The notes beneath the pieces were generated by a model. It worked only from the letters and a program-made list of their open reading frames with translations. It did no database searches and was not told the origin of the DNA. Positions 52,401 through 64,000 of a stretch of 64,000 nt of DNA are shown here, in pieces (position 1 is the first letter of the stretch; each line of letters starts with the position of its first letter). The DNA is from Octopus sinensis (lineage: Eukaryota): positions 56,804,464 to 56,868,463 of the forward strand of contig NC_043011.1 in assembly GCF_006345805.1 (NCBI RefSeq), in the 5' to 3' direction. Position numbers and translations under genes: made by a program.

Positions 52401-52683
52401 ATCATCATCATCATCATCATCATTTAATGTCCGTTTTCCATGCTGGCATGGGTTGGACATTTCAACTGGGGTCTGGGAAGCCAGGAGGTTGCACCAGGTT
52501 CCAGTCTGATCTGGCAGTGTTTCTACAACTGGATGCCCTTCCTAATGCCAACCACTCTGAGAGTGTAGTGGGTGCTTTTTATGTGCCACCGGCACAGGGG
52601 CCAGAGGTACTAGCATCAACCACGATTGGATGGTGCTTTTTCCATCCCACTGGCACAGAAGCCAGTCAAGGTGGCGCTGGGAT
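52401..52683 (-). mobile_element. RTE-tail SINE-like element
   Basis: Similar to 29717-30180. Confidence 0.85.
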
Positions 52684-53006
52684 CAAACAGCTGTTGAAAT
52701 CATTAGGGTGTCATCAAAAATTTCCATGCCATATTTGTTGTGACTCTTTACAATTACATTCTCATTTCAAATCCTACCAAAGTTCATTTTACCTTTCATC
52801 TGTCCAGGGTCAATAAAATAAAAGACCAATGAAGTGCTGGAGGGGTTGGGGCAGTGGTATTGACCAACACCCTCCTCTTCCAAACTGCTGATCTTGTGCC
52901 TAAACTAGAAACCATCATTATATTGTCTTAATTTAGCAAGGATGGAATACTTGAATCGATTCCCCAACCATTCGCCTTGCAAGGTTGGAAACCTAAAGGA
53001 CTTTAA

Positions 53007-53210
53007 CCCTTTTGGCATTTTGATTATCCTATCAAATTTTATGCTTTTGAATTAATCATGAATTATCTCATAACTTTGAGATTTCAATAATGTGATTGTT
53101 TATTTTTAGAATGACATTGTAGGGTAGGTGTAAGAAGCTGGATCTGGGTGGTTTGAACATAAACAGGTAGAATATCTGGGTTAGATATGGATGGTTTAAA
53201 TACTTAGGGG
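53007..53210. mobile_element. TTAA MITE family 2, diverged copy
   Basis: TTAA|CCCTTTTGGCATT ... TACTTAGGGG|TTAT. The interior is colinear with 36034-36254. Confidence 0.7.
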
Positions 53211-54155
53211 TTATGGGAAAGATGGCACTTGTCATATTCGTACCCCTTTCTTAAACAGTGTGTGAAGTGAAAAATCCAATGGCCTTCTACTAGGAATTAT
53301 AAGAAAGTGTATAAGTGAGGTCTCAGAAATGTTTGGTAAGTTCCGTTGTCAGAAGGAGGAAAGAATCAGCTGCTGGGCCTTTGACTTTATCCGAGAGTGA
53401 AGAAGAAAAGAAAAAATGGTGTTGTCACTGTGGTTGGAAGCAAAAACTTCTACGCAGCTGCAGGAGATTTCAGCAAGCAATCTCCAGATGTTAGTCATTC
53501 TACTCATTGTCTGTTGGTATCAGGTAGGAAGCATCTGTGGTGGAATCTTGGCAACTGGAACCAACATACATTATTATTATTATTATTACATTACTACTGC
53601 ATGGTTCATAGTCGAAGATGACAGTCGTCATCATTGTGTATACAACAGAGATGATGATTATGATGATGGTGGTGAGGATGCATGAGAAGCAGCCCTGTTA
53701 TCAACTGTGAACTCTCTCCTATGAATGTTTGGTAGTTCCATTTGTCAATATTCCAACACCACTAAAGAGAAAATGCCACTCCCTGGTTGCCCAGACGGAA
53801 CGAGAAAACTGCTTGGTGCTCTAAGAAAAGAAATTCCAGCTTGCAGTTGGAATTGGTTGAAAGAGAGTTTCTAACGGCAACAGCAGCTGCTGCTGCTGGT
53901 GCTGCTGTTGGTGCTCTTGTGGTTGTTCTTGTTGTTATTGTTCTATTTGATGGATGTTATTTTTCATAATGTATCTAGGTCAGGTCAACTTGATGGCTCC
54001 AGTTCTTTTTTTAAATCACATTCTTAGGAAAGTCTTAAATTCTCACAAAGCACTCAGCAAATACAGTGCTCCTGCTGTTTACAGAGATGGATTGACCCAC
54101 TCACAGGGCCATTGGAAGTATCTTGGCTTGTTGTATGAAAAAAACCAAGATTTAA

Positions 54156-54321
54156 AACCTTTTGTTACCATATTTCTGTTGAAACACATTTCCTTTGTTT
54201 CAAATAATTTTTAAAATAATGAATTTAGAAATTTTATCATGATTTTAATTTATATTACTATTGTACAAGAAGCTTGTATCATAGAACCAAGAGTGGTTTT
54301 GGCCAGCTGGTATTAAAAGGG
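54156..54321. mobile_element. TTAA MITE family 3; related fragments near 41240-41470 and 43690-43830
   Basis: TTAA|AACCTTTTGTTACC ... GGTATTAAAAGGG|TTAA. Confidence 0.6.
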
Positions 54322-57300
54322 TTAATCATGGCTGCTTTGGTTTGGTGTTGGATTATCCAATGACTTGACTAATCTGTTGTTCTCAAGGAGAAAATACAGA
54401 CATAAACTTTTAAGAACTTTAGTGCCCACTATAATTTTTATGGTTGGATGCCCTTCCTGTCACCAACCCTCAACTGTTTCCAAGCAGGATAAACATTTCC
54501 CCATGACCAGATAGGATTTTTTATTGGAAATAAAGCACATTGCTTGCAGGACAGCAACACGTACTCACGACTATTGACTGATAAGAAACAATAGCACACA
54601 CAGACATGCATGTGCACGTTCGCATACACACACACACACACACACAAACAAACAAACAAAAAAAAACAAAAAAAAAATATTTTTCTATTTCTGTCTATCA
54701 AATCCTCTCACAAAGCTTTGGTCAACCTGAGGCTTTAGTAGAAGAGACTTGCCCATGGTGCTACGTAGTGGGACTGAACCTAAAACCATGAGGTTTGAAA
54801 GCAAATATATATATATAAGGCCGTGCCATTGTTCATACATCTATTTGATCACAGCCATCATAAGACCAAGCAAACAACATAGGTAAGCAGCAGGAGTGTT
54901 ATATAATTGATGAATGCTTCCTTGATTTCATAGTGCTGAGCTAAAAACGAAAAAAAGAAAAAATCCTACTCTGAATGTACACATCCTAAAGAGAGCTGGG
55001 ACTCCTTCAGGCTGGAAACATTACATGACAAAAGCTTCAGGTGATGACATTGATAATAAACCATCGGTTTATGAGGCCTACTTCTTATACGATTCAAAGT
55101 TGTGCAATTTGTCATTGGCAATTTGTTTACAATGTTGAAGTATTGTAACTCAATCTACCCATAAAATACCAAGAAGTCTACATTGTATCTGTCTGGTGCG
55201 GTCATATAGGATTATGCTCTATCACTGGTCATTTTGTTTTCCTCATTCATTCATTTTTTTTTCTCTGTTTGTCTTGTTTTGCTCATGACAAACATTGCAG
55301 TAAAATTCGGGGTCAAGTTACATTGAAAGTCGGTGCAATTTGACCTCTGCTTCTTCTTTTCCTTGCTTAATACAGCAATGCCATTCAGTGAGCATGAAAG
55401 ATTTCTTCAATCTGCAAAGACTAGACAGTCCATATGAGGGAGATGGCATCTATTAATATTGTTTATAAGGAGACGAACAAACGAATAAATCCACTGTAAT
55501 ATTCTATCTATAGTGGTGTTTAATGTGATTTCTCTATAATTTGGTTATAATATTTATATTATACATCGGTTGATATATGAATGTATTTGTTTAACTTCTC
55601 CTCAACTTAGCTGATAGTGGCTGTCATAGTTTATTTTTAGCAGCTTATTATTGTATTTATTGGAGCAATCTATTTATAAGACATCGCTGCAGCTACACAC
55701 ACAGCATAAATACTTGTATACAAGCATATAAGAGTGTGGGGATCTGTGGAGGGTTTATGTGAGCTCACACACGTGTGTGTGAGTGTGTATGTGCACTAAC
55801 ACACTAACACACATATATGCATACAAGTGTGTGTGTGTATATATATATTTATGTATATATGTTTATATGTAAATATTTATGTATACACACACATGTATGT
55901 ATAATATATATGAATTATATATATATATATATATACACACATACATACATACATATGTACATACATGTGTGGATATTTATATATATGTGTGTGTGTGTAT
56001 GTACATACTTAGGTATATCTAGATGCACACACACATATAAATATATGTTGATGTACATGTTGTGATCTGTCATAATTTGATGTATTTATTACCGTCTGTA
56101 ATATCAGGTTGGAGAGAAGGAATGCAGGTTAGGCAAATAAAGAGAATACTTAGTAACAACACCCCATGGTAGAACCATGGGGTGTTACTTTCATTGGAAT
56201 TCCATGGTGGATGGTTAAATACACTGGAAACATTTTTAATATGTTTTGTATATTAAACATGATTCCACATAGAGAAACAAGAAGATAATATGCTTAAATC
56301 GCAATCTAAATAAACAAACAAGGGTTGGATGATTAAATGATGAAATCTTTATACTTCCAGGTTATTTTATGATGTAGCTTTTCATCTGTTTACCCCCCCC
56401 CCCAAAAAAAAAAGGAAATGGTGCATAGCAGGAAATATTTCTTTTTTTTTTTCTAATTGTATGTCACAAGAAAATCCCCATGATTGTGAATTTGTTGTAT
56501 TATCTTGAAAATTCCCAGGTTCCCTGCTCAACTGCTAAGAGACAGAATAAGCAGAACTCATTGACCAAAGTTCAAATCCACCATTGTCTTTGCATTGAGG
56601 AAGATCCCCTCAGTGACATCTAACAGTTGGAAACTGTTCAGATGCTTATTGTGTGCTATACATACATGCTAGATGTGAGCATGTAGATGAATATGACCAT
56701 CACCGATAAATGATTTTATCCTGGATGATAAAGGCAATGGCTGACTACAGTGTCTGTGCTAAGAGGTGAAGCCAATAGCAGCTTGCTCAACACTGCTAGG
56801 GCTCTCACCTACAAAGCCAGATAATCCAGAATCAAGTCAGAGCAAGGTTTCCGGTTTTGCAATGAGGCAGGTTTTATTTTGGAATTTCCCTCTCTTAGGG
56901 ATATTATCTAAACAAAGACTGGGGGTCTTTCAATCCCTGCTGTTTGATGGCTGTTGAACTCATCCATCTTTTGACAGGTTTTGTTTTCTGTCTAGGGAAG
57001 ACCATCCGCTTTACCAAACAGGTCTGGCAGGGTTTGCCAGTTTAGTCACTGGTGGTGGCCTGACCATGTGACAGGTTAACATTCATTCTCCCTTCTCTCA
57101 TACATAATACATACATACATTGCATACATACATTTGCACATATGATATGATGGCTGTCTACTCATTAGACACACATGACCATCACTGACTGGAGTGTCAG
57201 TAATACCTGTGCAAGGGTTTTAAGTGTGGCTTAACACAATGCCATGACTCATTAGCAATGCCAAGTAGCTTAGAGATAAGCAAAGTGCAAGGTATCTGGC

Positions 57301-58567
57301 TCAGTAGAGCAGCGGGTTTTATATACAAGTTAGGTCTTTTTCTTAGAGGGATGCCATGACAAAGACCAGGGGTCTCTTAAATCCCAGTGGGTTTACTATG
57401 TCCTCAGACACCAACCTGAGTATTTCTATGTCCTGACACATGTCCACAAGCATGCACACCACACATTTCCCTAATGTTCTTCTTTGATATTCAGGTACCA
57501 TCGTTTTGTTACTAAAGATCTTTTCTTCTTCAAATGCTTATCATGTTATGATTTTTGTAGTTGTAAGCATTTAGTGATACTTCTAAATACTGGCCTAATA
57601 ACTCCAACTTAATTGTAGCTTCTCCATTAGACTCTTCCAATAATATTTAATCTGAGTGGATTTAGTTTTTAGGTTTGTATCTTCCCACTTTAAGACTTTC
57701 ATTTCTTGCAAGGGATATTTTCCCCCCTCTTTCTCAGTATTGCATTTTTAAGTGGTATATTTCTTGTTTGCAAGTCTGAGAGTTCACTTGATGATTACAT
57801 CATTATCATCATCATCGTGATTATATATGCTTTTTCCATGCTGGTCTGTTTTGGACAGGATTTTTTGAGACAATGTTTTTACACCCAGATACCATTCCAG
57901 AGACGAACTATTTTCTCTAGCCGTCTCTAATAAGTTGCAAGGGTACAGTGTACCCTGTTCTGAAAATTGGATACTCATCATATACACCTCAAGTGATAAA
58001 GAACAACAGAGATAAACCTCGCATCAATGAAAACGTTAACAGTTTGGTAAACACACAAGAAGTTAACATGAAGTTAACAGTTTGGTAAATTCAAACTAGA
58101 CAGCTGAGAACCTGAAAGCATTGAGCTACATTGATACTTATCGTAGACAATTTGATGGTGGGGGGTCATGGTGGCAGCAGTGGTGGTTTTAGTGACTGCT
58201 GCGATTGCTGCTGTTGTTTAGTTCCAAGTTGGCTGAGCATCCATATGGCCTAAAGCAATCCAACTGTGACCATATCATCCTTTTAGGGGTATTTTGTATC
58301 TACATTGTCTGATTTGTCCATCCCCAATGGATTCTGTCTAACCCATAAAAACATGGAAAAGTGGATGTTAAAACAATGATGAGGAATGAGGAGGAAGAGG
58401 ATAAGAGGAGGGTGTCCTTGAGAACTTTTATATGCTGAAGACATGGTTCAAAAGTGTAAGAAGAGTTGCCAAAAAAGTCCCGTTCTTGGAAAAGTAGTTT
58501 TGAAGAGAAAGACCTAAAGGTCAAAGATTATACTTCCAGACCCAAGTAGTTCTAAAGAAGGAATATT

Positions 58568-58775
58568 GGTTTCAAATTCTGGCACAAGTCCCATAATTTG
58601 TGGGGAGGGAGTAAGTTGATTACATCAACACCAGTGATCAACTGGTACTTATTTTATCAACCCTGAGAGAATGAAAGGCAAAGTTGACCTCGGTGGAAGT
58701 TTTAACTCAGAACGTAACGATGGACAAATTGTCATCAAGCATTTTACCTGGCGTGCTAACAAATCTGCCAGCTCA
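58568..58775 (-). mobile_element. tRNA-derived SINE, family B
   Basis: Similar to 33305-33533. Confidence 0.8.
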
Positions 58776-60304
58776 AAGTCAGACCTGAGGGGAGGGGCGG
58801 GGGAACAGTCTAAAACCCTAAAGACAATCAGTTAAAGTAGTAGTTAGTAAGAGAGAGAACAAACTCTGAGTAGCATGCTCTATATCGAACAGGTGGCCAT
58901 GGTGGATATAAGATGGATATAAAAGAAGAAAGCTTATAGCACCATAACATTCTTCACTGTGGTACAATATCTGCTAGATATTATCTTGTGGAATATCTGG
59001 CAGGGAACCAAGTATTAGATGCGATTGATAGATATACAGGGACAGGTAGCAGAAATGACAGCTGTGAAATGGAAGTCCATGATATAAAAGATGGTTTCCA
59101 CTACATAAATGGTGTAATTATTGTGAGAGGTGATTATCTATGAAAGGAGCCTGCAACCTCATCTCGCTAGCTTTTGGATCAGTTTGGAATTATCAATGTT
59201 AAATCCGTGGTGAGTGAGATTATGAGAACGACTGTTGTAATGGATTATGGAGACATATTTTTATGCAACTCTTGTGAATAGCTTTACTAAATGAAACCAT
59301 TTATTGACTATCAATTCCTGTATGTGGTGGGTGGGTGGACGTCATCTTTATTATGCCATCACAATAAATCTGTCCATTCTCTCACCATGTATTTATTGCA
59401 ATACCAGCAGTGTACTTAACTCCATTGAAACAGATGGTATAATTAAGGTAGTTTTTAAAATTTTTATTGATTTTTTTTTATATATATATTTTTATATTTT
59501 TATTTGAACATTTATATATTTATAATTGGATCTGAAAGATTGTAAAGTGAACAATTGCCAGTCTTTCCTTTCTTTCTCATTTTTTTCGTTTTGTTTTGGT
59601 TAGTTGGGTGGTGGTGGTGGTGGTGATGGGTGCAGTGGTGGTGGCAGTTGTTGTTGTTGTTGTTTTAACAATAGGAACTGCAGAGGGACATATGTTTCTT
59701 CTCTTCTTAATTGCTCAGGTAGAGTATTTGGGGGTTAGAGTGGCAGTGTGTGGGTCTTCTATGTTTGTAAAGGTTAGAAAAGGATTAACTGTTGCAAGAA
59801 GTCAATTTATTTTTATCTTTTCACTTGCATCGGTCATTGGACTGCAACCATGAAGGGTTTTAGTCAAACAATTTGATCCCAGGACTTATGTTGAAGTCTA
59901 GTAATTAGTCTATTGGTCTCTTTGCTGAGCTGTTAAATTATGGGGGATGTAAGCAACAACCCCCTCCACACACACATACAACAGGCTTCCACACAGTTTC
60001 CGTCTACCAAATTCACTCATGAGTCATTGATTGGCCAGGGGTTGCCATGCAGTAGGATTGAACTCTAAACCATGTAATTGCAAAGTGAGTGTCCCTAACT
60101 GCACAGCCACACCTGCACCTATACCCTATTACTAAATATCTCTTCTTTTCTCCTCACTTCTCTCATTTATTCTTAATTTTCTCATTTTGGTGGTGATTAC
60201 TTTTGTAGTTTCAGAAGTTTTTGGAGGTGGATAGACTTGCATAATTCTCTCTGTCTGTCTGTCACACATGTATGTGTGTGTGTGTGTGTTTGTGTGTGTG
60301 TGTA

Positions 60305-60566
60305 TCAGCATCGTTTAACGTCCGCTTTCCATGCTAGCATAGGTTGGACGGTTCAACTGGGGTCTGGGAAGCCAGAAGGCTGCACCAGGCTCCAGTCTGA
60401 TCTGGCAGTGTTTCTACAGCTGGATGCTCTTCCTAACGCCAACCACTCCGTGAGTGTAGTGGGTGCTTTTTATGTGCCAGGCGAGGATGTCAACGGCCAT
60501 GATCGGTTGGTGCTTTTTACGTGCCACCGGCATGGAGGCCAGTTGAGGTGGCGCTGGCAACGGCCA
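60305..60566 (-). mobile_element. Young RTE-tail SINE-like element; older copies or fragments also at 17700-17925, 20290-20370, 20590-20735, 20940-21200, 21250-21440, 23410-23560, 25140-25235, 26010-26145, 26287-26490, 33100-33230, 39975-40320, 48715-48765, 54440-54580, 63230-63395
   Basis: Shared CCATGCTAGCATGG and GGAAGGGCATCC motifs with (GAT)n/(CAT)n tails. Confidence 0.8.
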
Positions 60567-61329
60567 TATATATATGAAAAATAGAGATTAGATTGAGCAT
60601 CACACTACTATATAACACTACAATTGAATTTATGTATGTGTGTGTGTGTGTGCATGTGTGTGCATAGATACATAAGGATGACATACGAATTTGCAATGTG
60701 TTCCATGTTTTTTGTCTCACTCATGCAAGCATGGAAAAGGGAACATTAAAATAATGATGGTCATTGTCATCAGCATACTCACACACACACACGCGCTGGA
60801 CATGTTTCAAAACTTGGGCGTTTGTTTAGGTTATATATATGTTGACCTCTTATAACGGCTTCTCAAAGACTTGCTGACCTTTCAGCTGCTTGTCTGTTAC
60901 CCTCTTGACTCAGCCATGCATGTTTGCCTCTTGTCAGAATAATCAACTATATTTAAGTGGACTCCACACCGTGTGACGGAGACAGAGTAAACAGTTAAAT
61001 TGAAATTGAAGAACTGTTGAAATTCTAACAAGATGTTATAGACTCATAGATATTCTCTCACCTCCATAGGAAAAAAAAACTGCATATTAAGGTTTTGAAA
61101 GTGTTCCAAGAAAGAGAGAGAGGAAAACAAGTCAGTTAAGATGGAGATATTGATTGAAATCTTCCTTTATTTCTATGGTTTCAAGTTCTGAAATTAATTT
61201 GATTCAGAGGTTTTCATAAGACAAAACAAACTGGGCTCAGTCATGGCTTTGCTGGTCAAGAATTCTTTTTTTTTTTTACAATCAGTCACTTTCAAGTTTG
61301 ACCCCACTGTATGCTACCTTCTTTTTTCG

Positions 61330-61460
61330 TAAGACCTTCACTCCCTGTGGAGCATAAAGCCATCAATAGCTTTTCTCCACTGTTCTTGACTTTGGGCTGT
61401 CCTCACGCAGATTTTGTTGGTTTTGAATTGTCGTTAATGCTTCTGTCACTTTGCTTAGAT
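61330..61460 (-). pseudogene. Very short RTE LINE 3' end relic
   Basis: The minus strand reads RTAQSQEQWRKAIDG followed by TGCTCCACAGGGAGTGAAGG, like the RTE A.DR..WR..IDGLCSTGSE terminus. Confidence 0.45.
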
Positions 61461-64000
61461 AAGGGTGTTGGCTCTATACAAACCCATTGGGAAAGTCAAA
61501 AAAAAGGAATGGGTCAAAGGTCCTTCTCAAGCCGAAGGCTCATACGGCCACTTTCCCAGATTCTGTGGCATATATATCCCTCACTAGATGGAACACCCAT
61601 CCATCACAGGATTACTCATTTTTCCTAGCTGAATGGTCTGAGTGGACAACATAAAATGAAGTGTCTTGTTCAAGAGCACAGCACATCAGCCGGTCCAGGA
61701 ATCAAAACCACAATCTTATGGTTTTGAGCGCAACATCCTAACCACTAAGCTGCAGACCTCCACACCTCTGGGAAGAGATGGTCCATATTAGTCTGGCCTC
61801 CAGCATGGAAGGCCATATGAGGACCATGTACTCCAATAGCATAGCTCTCAGGTTCATAAGCCATCACACTGCACCAAGGACTGGGCCTTGTGGTGGGCAT
61901 AATGTCTTGGGCAGTGTATTCTGCCATAGTTTTGGGTCGAGCATAGTTTCTTGTGCATAAAATTTAGAAGATAGAAATTAAGTGGAACTCTACTAAAGGG
62001 ATTGCAGACATTAAAACGTTGCTTGGTTTAGCACAATCACCTGTGTCTTGAGGGCCTTTACCTGAATTCACTCTGTTACAAACTTATGGTTTTCCAGACG
62101 GAGACAACTTCTCCCAGGCATTTTTAAAATGACTGGGGACTATATTGGAGAAACCGAAAAGAGTTATGAGTGGTACCTTTACTCTTCTGACTCAACCTAT
62201 AATAATAATAATAATAATAATAATCTATAGACCTAATACACTGATTGGTCTAAAAAAAACCTACCAGGTTTTTAGGTTGCTTCTAGTTGAGTACACCCTG
62301 TTGTGAGTGTACCTAGCAGATCACGTGTTCCTTCTCCACCCATGCTTTTTCCTGCAGACATTGCCCTATAAATATCGTAACTGGGCATTAATTGCATTGA
62401 TCTCACCAGACTGGGTGCACCTGCTCAAGACCTGAGCCCTGCCCCTCCCTGTCCAACTGACTACGTTATTAACAATTAATTCTTGCTTTATTTACCATCT
62501 ATTTAATGATGAACTTTGCAGTTAATTTTATTAGTTTGTGTTGCAGACTCTCCTCCATAGCAATAGCAATATGTAGGACTTCAGTTTCTCACCTACCAAA
62601 TTCTGAAATCAATACATAATTGCTTCTGTAAAAAATTATAGATTTTCATTGTTGTTGTGTGCGTTTCTTTACTTAGTTCTGTTTGAGTAAATCTCTAGCT
62701 CGGAGCCAGTCAAAGAAACAAAAGAGAAAATTTGATTGGTTCATCCAATGGTGTACATCCTGTTTCTTTTACATCATTTGTTGATCGAGTGGTTTAGGAC
62801 CTGAAATATATGACCCCCACCCCATTTAAAAATAGGTAGGGTGTTTGTTGAAACCAATTTTAGTTATGACATTGAGCAAGTCTGCAGAAGAGCTTATATT
62901 AATTTTTACCTTGCTTGGGTGTTCTCACTTCCTCACCTCACTGTTTCTTCCATTTCTTCTCACATAAAGTGCAGGCATGGCTGTGTGCTTAAGGAGCTTG
63001 CCCCACCCCCAATCATGTGGTCTTGAGTTCAATCCCACTGTGCTGCACCATGGACAAGTGACATCTACTATCTACTATAGCCCTGATTTAACCAAAGCCT
63101 TGTATTTGGCAGGTGTAAAAAAAAGCCTGTCATGTGTGTGTGTGTGTGTGTGTACCCTTGTTTTGACATCACCTGTTGGCTGTAAACGAGCATCCCCGTC
63201 ATACTAGCAAGTTTGTTCTTCATTTCAAGTCTTCCATGAGAACATGTCTGGCCATGAGAAAATATTATCTTGCTTGGAAACAGGTGAGGGTTAGCGACAG
63301 GAAGGGCATCGAGCCGCAGAAACCCTGCCTCTGCTAATTGTGTCTGACTCGTGCAACTGCGTTGAAAAGGTGACATTAAAACGGATGATGATGTTCCTTG
63401 ATTTGCCTTCCTCACAATTATCTTCCACTATTCATATTATACTTAGTCATGTTGTTGCTATTGTTGTTTAACTCTGATCAAACCAGCCTATGATAAAAGA
63501 CATTCTGTTTGTGATTTGGGCCAAAGTGTCTGGGCAGGGAATACTGTTCTTGCATCTGTCACTGATTTCCTTTAAAGAATCATTGGTGCTGCTCTTCCCT
63601 TTTTAACTAATTCATAAAATTATGAATTTCAACAATTACCATTCTGGTTTTTTTCTTTCCTTTTTTTTTTTCCAGTAAGATGTTATGGCGTATTGTGATG
63701 GTGTATGGCCTTGTGGTTAGGTCGTTTGATTATAAGATCATGTACTCAATTCCTTGAGCAAGTTACTCTGTTTCATGTTGTTCAATTCTAGTCAGCTATG
63801 ATGAGTTGGTGAAGCCTCCCCTCTCTCTCTCTCTCTCTCTCTCTCCCTCCCCTTGATCCTCCTTCCCTTTCTCCCTATCGCTCCTGCCTCTCCCCACACT
63901 CTCTTCCCTCCACTCTCCCCTCTTCTCTCTCTCCACTTGTCACTTCCTGGCTGTTCTGCTGAGCCAAAAAGGGGTTTATTTCTGCTCATCACTACGGAGC

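Noticed and set aside
53350-53530. Possible exon bounded by AG and GT
   Set aside because: All three frames hit stops before the donor.
58035-58089. 17-bp direct repeat GTTAACAGTTTGGTAAA with a 21-bp gap
   Set aside because: Most simply a local slippage duplication, with no sign of function.
62290-62560. TATA-containing segment resembling a solo LTR
   Set aside because: No defined ends, TSD, PPT or second copy.

Overview
Eukaryotic, AT-rich and very repeat-dense genomic DNA. The (TA)n/(CA)n/(CAT)n/(TAA)n microsatellite load and the tRNA-derived SINE families look like a coleoid cephalopod, probably Octopus; this is inference from composition and recalled repeat families, not a database result. 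The only good host-gene signal is a CpG-rich, Q/S/T/N-rich putative first coding exon on + (ATG 9114, candidate splice donor at 10662). It is split by an exact 187-bp tandem duplication that shifts the frame, and I cannot name the gene. The rest behaves like intron or intergenic DNA filled with elements: two mariner relics, a Gypsy integrase end with PPT and LTR, a Dong/R4-type RLE non-LTR retrotransposon in a (TAA)n tract, RTE relics, at least four SINE-like families, TTAA (piggyBac-type) MITEs and a Helitron-like element. The best leads are a 97%-identical 266-bp-arm foldback (26351-27020), the frameshifting exon duplication, and two elements embedded in (TAA)n tracts. I found no CRISPR array, rRNA, true tRNA or convincing new multi-gene system. 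Nearly all ORF-track entries are microsatellite or transposon shadows.
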